This document shows positions 53,748 through 64,000 of a stretch of DNA of 64,000 bases, piece after piece; the first letter of the stretch is position 1, and the number at the start of each line of letters is the position of its first letter. The notes beneath the pieces are model-generated. The model was given only the letters and a program-made list of their open reading frames with translations. It made no database searches and had not been told where the DNA came from. Both the position numbers and the translations under genes were made by a program. The stretch is from Eledone cirrhosa (taxonomy: Eukaryota), in contig OZ024754.1 of NCBI GenBank assembly GCA_964016885.1, positions 4,402,001 through 4,466,000 of the forward strand. Reading direction: 5' to 3'.

Positions 53748-54178
53748 GGGAGAGATGACCCCTTAGCCTTTGTCAAGGCAGAATTCTAGGAGTAGGAAAA
53801 CTCTGATATAACACCTGCAACCCTGATGGTTTCCAATGATGTTGACTTGTTCTTCTTTTTGGTAAATATCATCTTGGTTAAGAGAGTGGGACTGGCTTTG
53901 AGCAGTGCCTTTGCTCACTATAAAAGCTTCATGGCACAGACATTGCTTTATATCTGGAGATCTCTCTGCACTTGTCGTCACATGGTACCATGGGCCCAGC
54001 ACTATGTGTCAATAATTGTCACAAGTGTAGTGTTTGTACCAGAGTTTTCAAGTCGCTGGCTGGACTAAAAAGTCACACTCGTTCAGCGCATCGTTAGGGG
54101 TTCTCCTACATGGATATAAAGTAGTGGCCGTACTCGAAAACGAGTTGGCAGCCACCACCATGTATATATATATATATG
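53748..54178 (+). mobile_element. Inverted, 5'-truncated copy of the same bipartite RTE-derived element
   Basis: Reverse complement of 53287-53697 with substitutions; ends GGCAGCCACCACCATGTA. Confidence 0.88.
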
Positions 54179-55248
54179 ACGTATGTATGTACGCATATAA
54201 GTATGTGCCTATGTATGTACCTATATATGTGTGTGTGTGTCTATGTATATATATATATATATATATATATACCCTTATATGTACTCGTAATTATACACGT
54301 GCATACATACGCTCAAATAGATACATGCATATGTACACGCACATATTTACGAGTACATATAACTCTCTATGTATACAAGTTTATTCTGTTATGGCGTGTA
54401 TACACATACAGTGCGTTTTGGGGACGCTTTGTTATTGTACTTCCAGTTAAAACATTTGAGGCTGCCAAAAGTAGACACAGAAACAATTAATATATTATAT
54501 AGGAAAATCCCTTACATTGTTCCAAACAACAGTATAGAATTTAAAAAGTGGTTTTATTAAATCCCTCCAAATTCTTGATTATTTTCAGAATTATTTGAAA
54601 ATCGTGGGCGGTGTGATTCGATGAATCTGGTAACAAAAGGCTTGATCGATACTGGAATAAAGTTAGAATTAACCAATGGGAAATTTGAATTTGAATTCAT
54701 AACCCGTAAATACCCAAGCTGCGTCAACACGTGTGTGGGGTGTGTGGTGGGGTGGTCTGTGTGTGGGACAAACACCTTTGGTACTTAAATATACATCATA
54801 AATTAAGTCAATATTTTCAAAAGTAAAATACAAAACAAAAGGGCGGTTAGTATATTGTAAATGGTAAACGGCAAAAATTAATGGGCAAGTTATGAAGACT
54901 GGTACACCTGTTACACAAAAGTGTGGGTGCTGTTTTTGTTAATATTATGAATAAAACCATATAAAATGAGCTCTCGTCCAGTCAGCTGTGTTAAAACTTA
55001 TCGAAAACAACCATAGCAATTAAGGGTGAAAACAAAGGAGGCGAAACAGAAAAAATGGAACGAGCGTTAAAAAGAATAAAGCCGATGAAAGTAGAACAAC
55101 AGACCATCTGTGTCCTATGGTTTTTCATACAACTGAATAGCAAGATGTACAATAACTAGTCTACACGAGTCTATGGCGGGGCACAGAGGTGGTCATTCCA
55201 CTTGCTTGAAATAGCAGCCATATATATCTACATCAAATCACACATTAA

Positions 55249-55479
55249 GAAAAAAAAAAAAAAAGGATCGATCGATTTTCGTCAAATGGAACCGAGGAAA
55301 CAATGTTTCCATTGGTCTTTCTAATTGCTAATACTATCTATCGGTTGCAACTCCAGGTAGAAGGAGCAACGCGGAATAAAGTGTCTTGCTCAAGGACATA
55401 ACGCATCGCCCGATCCAGGAATCGAACTCACAACCTTACGATTGCGAATACAATTCTCTAACCACTCAGCCACACGCCT
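55249..55479 (-). mobile_element. SINE family C, full length, with 11-bp TSD and oligo(T) 3' end
   Basis: TSD TCACACATTAA at 55238-55248 and 55480-55490. Confidence 0.88.
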
Positions 55480-55870
55480 TCACACATTAAAACCATCTTT
55501 AAAAATTATATGGACATACATTAGATATATTAGAGCAAGATATCTCAAACAAGACGGAGAAAACCTGGCTGGAATGCATACGGTCGTAGATCATGAGTAT
55601 CCTGAATGAGGGTTGAACTGGGGTTAAACCACATCGATAATGGCTATAACCAGTCTTCAAGAATATCAGTGTTGTTGGTAAGATTGCTGTCAAATGTTTG
55701 ACTAGCTACAACTAACCCCCACCCCCTCCCCACATCAATCCTCCAAGACATACTACTAATACTGCTGCTGCTACTACTACTACTACTACTACTACATTCA
55801 TCCACATCTATCTCATATACATGGGTATGTAGCCAACATGATGTCCATATATACACACACACACAGATAT

Positions 55871-55918
<48 letters not shown>

Positions 55919-55942
55919 TAGATACCCAACATGGTGTTTGTT

Positions 55943-55990
<48 letters not shown>

Positions 55991-56323
55991 CAGAGAGAGT
56001 GACAGAGAGAGAGAGAGAGAGATAGTGACAGAGAGAGAAAGAGAGAGAGAGGGGGAGAGAGAGAGAGAGAGAGAGAGAGCGGGAGAAATACAGAAAGATT
56101 ACGGAGATCGAGATAGAAAGGGATGAGAGAGATAGTGACATAGTGAAAGAGGGAGGGGTGAAATATACATCAGGTAAAGCTGCAGATGATAACCAATAAA
56201 AAACAAAACTGTAATATGCAAAAAAATGTTAACATTTGATGGATTACCTGGTGGTATAAATCTCATCGTCATCTCGTCTATCATCATTATCAGAAAGGTA
56301 GAGTAGTGTAATTTGCGGTCTCC

Positions 56324-56393
<70 letters not shown>

Positions 56394-56615
56394 GACTGTG
56401 GCCAAAACAAAACATCCTTTAAAGATTTTGTTCGATCGAATTGACCCCAACAATCTTTTAAAGCTAGTACTAGTTTTAGTCAATCTCTCTGCAGAAACAC
56501 TAAATTATGGGTCATTAAGTGACAACATATAAACACAAGATTATATATATATATATATATATATATTATGGAATACAGTTGGCTTTTTGCTACAATGTTT
56601 TCTATACCTTTCATT

Positions 56616-56668
<53 letters not shown>

Positions 56669-56862
56669 ATACTTGGGGAGGATCATAGTGTTGTAATAAT
56701 ATTGCCAGAAATAATAACAGAACACACTCACTGTTTGGTCGGTTTTCGCTTCTGTATCTGTTATATGTCCATAGTTAATTCATTTGGCAACCAATGTTCA
56801 CCCTTGATTGACCAATGGTTAAAAATACAGATATAAATATATATATATATATATATAGTCTA

Positions 56863-56983
<121 letters not shown>

Positions 56984-57186
56984 CGTTTCTTAATTTGTTT
57001 TGCAAGATTTCTTATTTGAAAACGTGTGTTAAAACAGATATTGTTATACTCTGTAACCAGATTCTTCAAGGTTACTTACTCATGTGTAGTAGGATAAGGA
57101 ACCGAACTGAATAGTATCCTTCATTGGGACTATACCATATTTCTTTTATCTCTTTCTTTTCTCCCCCTCAATATACCTGTGTGAGA

Positions 57187-57242
<56 letters not shown>

Positions 57243-57248
<6 letters not shown>

Positions 57249-57727
57249 ATACTTTGGGAGGGTCATGTTGCCAATAAGAAACACACGCACCAGTTGCTTT
57301 CACTTCAATTTATTATTATTAAGGACAAAATGAAAACACACACACATAGAACAAACAACCAACCAGTAACATGTAAATAAACAAATAAATAAATGAACAT
57401 AAACACACACAGACACAAAATGGCGTAGGACAGAACAAAGGAGAGGCACAGAAACAAAGAAAGGAATCCCCAGTCACTGAAGAGGTCACAAAGTGTGTGA
57501 CGAAAGAACTATGACAATATATAAACAACTATCTGGTTGTGGAACCAACCAACCAGAAATTTATAAATTTATAAATTTATTATAAATTTATTATAATAAT
57601 AAATTGAAGTGAAAGCAACTGGTGCGTGTGTTTCTTATTGGCAACATGACCCTCCCAAAGTATAACAATATCGGTTTCAACACACGATTTCAGATAAAGA
57701 ATCTTGCTAAACAAATTCAGAAACGAA
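57243..57727 (+). mobile_element. Solo pLTR of the same Penelope-like family, with an inverted 5' piece
   Basis: 57321-57727 matches the reverse complement of 30421-30915 plus 31285-31380; 57243-57320 is an inverted copy of 57593-57670; (TA)n flanks. Confidence 0.88.
57473..57515 (+). ncRNA. Hammerhead ribozyme in pLTR
   Basis: GTCA-CTGAAGA-G-GTCACA-aagtg-TGTGAC-GAAA-GAAC-TA^TGAC. Confidence 0.78.
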
Positions 57728-58425
57728 ATATATATATATATGAATAAAGTTAGTCCTTCATCAGTGATCTTCCAACCATCATTGGTATTTCATCGCTTTA
57801 AAGACCATATACCTCCGGTTGGTGCGAGCAATGGCTAAAATAAGTCGTTGGGACACGTAAATAAAGGGGACACGAGTGTAAACAAACAAAGATGGTGAAG
57901 CAACGAAAAGTGAGGAAGAAGAAGTCAAGTCCCAAATTTCTATGAATATAAATTCGGTGAAATCGTGAACGAGAGAGAATAAAGACCATCAAACCTGGTT
58001 GGAATGTGAGCAAGGAAGGAATTCCGTACAGGTCTAACGGGAGGAAGAAGGGATCTAGTCTGTGAATTCGGTGAACGTAAGTTCTGTGAAATCGTAGACG
58101 AGAGAGAGAAAAAAAAGCGACCTGCCAGACCAAGGGTGCGAAAGAAAAGAATTACGCACAGGTCAAACGAGAAGAAGGAGGAGGAGGAGGAGAGGTAGTA
58201 ACAGAGAATGAGTGAGTGAAGGGTGAGGAAGAGGCTAACAGAGAGAGTGACTGCTAGAGAGGGTAAAGATACAGAGAAAGAGGAAGCAGTAAGAACGAAA
58301 TAGACGGGTCACAGCGTGGAAAGAATATGTGTAAATATGAGAATAAACATGCTGCGTGGTTGCTAATGGGTTACATATGAATAAAGTTAGTCGTTCATCA
58401 GTGATCTTCCAACCATCATTGGTAT

Positions 58426-58620
58426 ATAAATTTCTCACTCTTACTTCGGCCTCCAAGTGGGAGTTGTCAAGGTGGGTCTCAGTAAGAATGAAGAAGGGGA
58501 TGTGAAATGGATGGTTACCAACCCAATCCTCAATGAATTGGATCTTCCATTTCTGTGCATTGATGGATGGGCTGATACCTTGTGGATTGAGTAAGAATGT
58601 GGAGGCTAGTGTGGTGGCTG
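58426..58620 (-). mobile_element. LINE APE endonuclease N-terminal fragment
   Basis: LLNPQGISPS...KIQFIED...FFILTETHLDNSHLEAEVRV (N..G and TETHL motifs). Confidence 0.6.
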
Positions 58621-58756
58621 GTTTTGACTGTTGCAGGGGGCTTGTTTTGTGATTGTGTGTTAGTGACAGCAAGGATGGTGTTGGGTGATGGCTAAAATGT
58701 TTTTCTCTATATCTTTTGCCAGGTTCATGGTTAAAAAAGAAAGATTTATATATATA

Positions 58757-58899
58757 TCAGACAGGGTGTGGTAAAAACGAGCTAGACCATAACCCACCAG
58801 AGTACTCGATACTTGGGGGTAGTAGAGTGGGTAATATTAAAAGATTCAGGACCCCGACGGCTGAGCTCCGGCCTTTTCGACAGCTAGAACTAGCTGTCG

Positions 58900-58902
<3 letters not shown>
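58757..58902 (-). mobile_element. Family A element ending in the stem II hairpin
   Basis: TTTCGACAGCTAG-aa-CTAGCTGTCGAAA followed by (TA)n. Confidence 0.78.
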
Positions 58903-58936
<34 letters not shown>

Positions 58937-59245
58937 CCCAAAGGCTGTTCTTATGTTATACATAGCATTTGCGCAGTCCATTCCTTTCATCGTCAATATT
59001 TATTTCTAGATCTACATGTAGTCCTTTAAAATTCATATGTATTAAAATCTTGGTTGTCGTCTTTACTTCGTTTTATCCTATTTTCTTTATTCACTTATTA
59101 AAGTACCAGTAATGTACTGGGTAATTGCTGGCCTTGTGCCAAAAGTAGAAAAAATTATTATTATTATTTGTTTTAACATTTGAATAAATATCAGTTTATA
59201 TATGCGAGTAGATAAATGTCAATAAAAACACATTGTGAAAACCGA

Positions 59246-59278
<33 letters not shown>

Positions 59279-59698
59279 TGTATGTATGTATGTATGTATG
59301 TATGTATGTATGTATGTATGTATGTAGGGTATTCTCCACTATAAACACATAGCTTTATGTAGTCTTCCATTTTATAAGGAAAGCTTTGAGGCCTTGTAGC
59401 TCTTTTTATCTTGATCTTCATTTAATACTAAAACCAGAATTGTCAGCTGTTTATTACAAAATGTCACATACGTTTAGTAGATATGGTGAGAAATTTAGAA
59501 AAAATAAATTTGTATCAGTACAGAATTTGTATCAGTACAGAAACAGTACAGAAGTTAGACGAATCTTAGAGAAATATGCATACAAAACACATTTATATAT
59601 ATATAAATATGACTTTTACGCATTTTTCCTTTGAGTTAGAAAGAACCTGTCCATGTCTCTCACATCTTTATATATATATATATATATATATATATTTA

Positions 59699-59885
59699 AC
59701 GAAGGAGGTGTGGTAAGGAACCAGATGGATCATAACGCACCAGAGTACTCAATACTTAGGGTAGTAGAGTGGGTAATAGGAAAAAGTTTAACCTCGACGG
59801 CAGAGCTCGAGCCGTTTCGATGGTTATTTCCAGAAATAGACGTCGAAACGGCTTGAGCTCTGCCGTCGGGGTTAAACTTTTTCCA
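59699..59885 (-). mobile_element. Family A fold-back element
   Basis: GGAAAAAGTTTAACCTCGACGGCAGAGCTC...GAGCTCTGCCGTCGGGGTTAAACTTTTTCC; (TA)n flanks. Confidence 0.82.
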
Positions 59886-59994
59886 TATATATATATATAT
59901 ATATATATCGGAATGGATTCAGTAAGAGACTTGTTAGACCATTACTCACCAAAGTACTCGTTACTTGGGTAGTAGAGTATGGTTATAAATATAC

Positions 59995-60031
<37 letters not shown>

Positions 60032-60057
60032 CCATACTCTACTATCCCAAGTGTCGA

Positions 60058-60102
<45 letters not shown>

Positions 60103-61982
60103 CGAATCGAAAAATTCCGAGCAAACTTTATGAAGAGCTTTAGTTAAAAATAATCAAATTGGTTTTCAGCGAGAATCGAAACTAGATTCTTTTCCCTCCC
60201 TTAAGATCTCTCAATAAAACACTCCAAACTATGCACAGTTTCATAATATTGAATATACTCTATATGACAAGATTTCTCCAAGTTTTTTCCTCACGTTTTC
60301 TTCCATTTTCACGCAATACATTTTAAATATAGACACACCTCTCTACCGGTTCTGACATTCTCCCCTCCCATAATAATTATTTTCATCATTAGCAAACGGC
60401 AATTAATTTGGTTGAAGGGGAAAGTCGATATAATCGACCCCTGTATATGAATCGTTCTTTATTTGATCGATCCGCTGAAGGATGAAAGGCAAAGTTTACA
60501 TCGGTAAAGCCTGCAAACCTATTTCTATGTAGAAAAGGATATTGTTTCCCCTTCTCACCATATTCAGACTGCGTGACACTCACACACTCTTTCTCTGTGT
60601 GAATGTATATAAACATATATACAGTAATAATAATAAATGTGGAAACTAAAATCCAAAGAGGGCTCGATAAGGATAAATATATATCAAATATATAAGAACC
60701 CTAGAGCACGTTAAATTTAGTATTAAAAACTCACATTAATCCCCTATAATTTAATGAGATCAAGGAATAGATTCTGGGCTTTTTATAAATCAACATATAG
60801 AGAGACGTACACACAGAGATATGTGTTCAATCATAGGGGATCAAAAATCACCAGAGTTACGAACATATTACCTACGGAAGGAATGGTGAATATAAATCAA
60901 TAAAAAAAATATATTAAAGTGTACTAACCATTCAATTATAACAATAACACCCGGGCATGCTCAAATAAGAGAATGTTTCGCTATATATATATATATATAC
61001 GAGTTCATGTGTGCAGTGAAAGTATTAACCACAAGAAAGAGCTATATATATATATATATTTGTGTGTGTGTAGAGAGAGAGAGAGAGATGTATGGATTTT
61101 AGTTAACACACCCTTTTCAGCGTTGCTTTGTAAATAGTGTATTGAAACCACATGCTTGCTTTTGGAGAGTTTCTATTTTCAATTTGTGACCACAGGAAGG
61201 TCAAACAGATAGGGTTCAGTAGGCTTTTAACGCAATATCAAGCTTTAGACAATAATTTCAGACTATCTCCCTTTTCATGTCCCACCTAGAATAACTTGCG
61301 GTTTAACAACATTTCAGGTCAGGCGAAACATGATATAAAAAATACTCACGGACTACGTTTAGCTTACATCCAAGTGTACGGTTTCTAGTAATTCATTAAT
61401 TTGCATAGCTAATGATGGTAAATTTATGCAAATTTGATCAGATTGGTTTAAACATATCGGGGTCTAACTTCTGTAACGAATTAATTGGGCTAGAATCACT
61501 AAAGTGTCGGATGAAACGCTTCGATATTTGTTCCGGCACTCAGTGCTCTGGTTCAAATCTAACCGACGTTAATCTTACCTTTCCCCATTTTGAGGGTTGA
61601 TAAATAAAGTATCAAACCAGATTATTAGTGGCGAATCATTGGAATTGGTAAACACTATGACGGGAGCCATGGTTATACAATACAATACATTCATGTATAC
61701 ATCGCTATTTCAGAGCACCAATACTAATATCTAATGTTTGCTGGACCGGCAGCCGTTCTGTTTATTCAGCTTTTATATATTACAGGAATTCTATAAGAAT
61801 CCAGCTTCTATAAATCTTGGCAGAAGCAAGAGAGTGAGTGGTTTTAATAAACGCTAACAAGCTAGAAACAGCCATCGAACACTCTTCTTTGCTTTTGCCG
61901 AGAAAAAGTAAGTGACATAGTCACTACTTTAAAACTCATAGAGAATGGTCTTCAAAATGTTTTTAATTAAACAAACAGTATA

Positions 61983-62667
61983 TTGCAAGGCTGGGACGGG
62001 TCCGCTTCAGCACAGCATCTCTCAACTTGTCACGGTTCTTCGTTGTCATCTCCTCTGTGAGCTTCAAAGGTCTGAGGTCAGGTCTCACTAACTCTGCCCA
62101 TGTTTTCCGTGCTCTTCCTCTAATGCGTTTTCCTTCCACTGGGATTACCTGGCACTTCTTCACTTTGCGGTCATCATCCATGCGTATCACTGACCCTACC
62201 AACGAAGTCTTCTCACCTACACATTACAGTTTACAATACATCTACTATTACCTAATTACATTCTATCCAGATTCTCGCCCATTTAACGATGTATATCTTC
62301 AATTAATATCATACTGCCTCAACTTATCATCATCATCATGTTACGTCCGCTTTGCCCTGCTTGCAAGGCTGGGACGGGTCCTCTTCAGCACAGCATCTCT
62401 CCACTCATCACGGTCCTTAATTGTCCTCTCCCCCGTGAGCTTAAGCGATCTGCGGTCAGCTCTCACAACCTCTGCCCATGTTTTCCGTAGTCTTCCTCAA
62501 ATGCGTTTTTCTGACGCTTCTTCACTCAGCGGTCATCATCCATGCATATCACTGGCCCTACCAACGAAGTCTTCTCTCATACACATTACAATTTACAATA
62601 CATCTACGGTTATCTCATCACATCCTATCCAGATTCTCGCCCATTTAACAATATATATATATCTTCA
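61983..62667 (-). mobile_element. Two tandem diverged copies of an RTE-group LINE 3' end
   Basis: GSVIRMDDDRKVKKCQVIPVEGKRIRGRARKTW..V..DL; TTGCAAGGCTGGGACGGGTCC at ~61983 and ~62361; (TGA)n tail at 62327-62340. Confidence 0.7.
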
Positions 62668-63290
62668 ACTTGTCGGTTTTCACACATTAAATTTAGTTGG
62701 ATAAGATATCAAAGAAGAAACGTGTATTATATAAAGTATTGCATCTCTCTCTCACTATATATATACACATATATATATGTGTATGTGTGTATATATATTC
62801 CAGTATACTCACGTATTGACTACTTCAATTTATCAGCCAATAAATCTTTCTCCCTCAGTGTGTGCGTGTGCGTGTGCGTGTGTGTATGTGTGTGTGTGTG
62901 CATGTCTCTATGTGTAAATCTGTTCACTGAACCAAACATAACTATTCACACTTGTATGTTTACGTATTAGTAATAATCCAGTAATTTTATGTACCATTGA
63001 TACGAGTACATATACGCTGTGCCCATGAGTGTTGGAATAGCTAGAAACCTGAAGCATACATACAGACACTCATCAGCCTCTCTACCTGTATATATATATA
63101 TGTGTGTGTGTGTGTATGTATATGTGTATGTATATGTATGTATATATATATATATGTATGTGTATGTATGTATGTATATGTATGCATATGTGTATGTATA
63201 TGTATGTATGTATATGTATGTATATATATATATATGTATGTATATGTATGTATGTATATGTATATATATATATATGTATGTATATGTATG

Positions 63291-63346
<56 letters not shown>

Positions 63347-63368
63347 TTTCTAACTCAATATATGCCTT

Positions 63369-63440
<72 letters not shown>

Positions 63441-63642
63441 TTATAAATATATATATATATATGTGTGTATAAAATAGATATAGATATATATTTATATATA
63501 TATCTATGTATATATATATGTGTGTGTGTGTATATATATATAGATATAGATACATATTTATATATATATATCTACATATATATATATATAGATGCATATA
63601 TATATATATATATCTACATATATATATAGATGCATATATATC

Positions 63643-63732
<90 letters not shown>

Positions 63733-64000
63733 AGTATAAAGTGAGAAAGAGAGAGGCGTACAGAAAGAAGTGACTGTATGCTTAAGTATTCAAGCATATG
63801 ACCACGCATGCGTACACGTACTTATCAATGATACCTCATATCTATATATTTATGCATTTATATACAGTACTCAAAACTGTGTGTGGGCGTGCGTGTATAT
63901 ACATGTATATATATATTTATAAATATTACGTATATGCACGCATACACACTCACATACAAACGTGGACACATACACACACACAAACGTGGACACACACACT

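Noticed and set aside
51309-54068. Repeated 70-80-aa ORFs in the tandem array
   Set aside because: No recognisable domain; the sequence is homologous to LINE UTRs and recurs only because the DNA is duplicated.

Overview
Gene-poor, very AT-rich eukaryotic DNA dominated by microsatellites and transposon debris. The repeat families and density suggest an octopus/cephalopod genome (inference). No cellular protein-coding gene can be supported; nearly all ORF-track entries are translated microsatellites. Supported content: (1) an intact single-ORF RTE-clade LINE (APE-RT plus three C2H2 fingers, ORF 284-3829). (2) A ~610-nt non-coding element whose 5' part and 3' terminus both match that LINE's UTRs, amplified as a head-to-tail, circularly permuted array with an inverted copy (50.8-54.2 kb). 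(3) A Penelope-like GIY-YIG remnant with an inverted pseudo-LTR, plus more than 15 hammerhead-ribozyme motifs or half-motifs from several families, nearly all in (TA)n tracts and often as fold-back palindromes; in one family the fold-back is centred on ribozyme stem II. (4) Two tRNA-derived SINE families with TSDs, and a 5S-rRNA-headed element sharing the 3' tail of one of them. (5) Decayed RTE, CR1/L2-group and L1/Tx1 fragments, MITEs and minisatellites. All alignments and RNA folds were done by eye.
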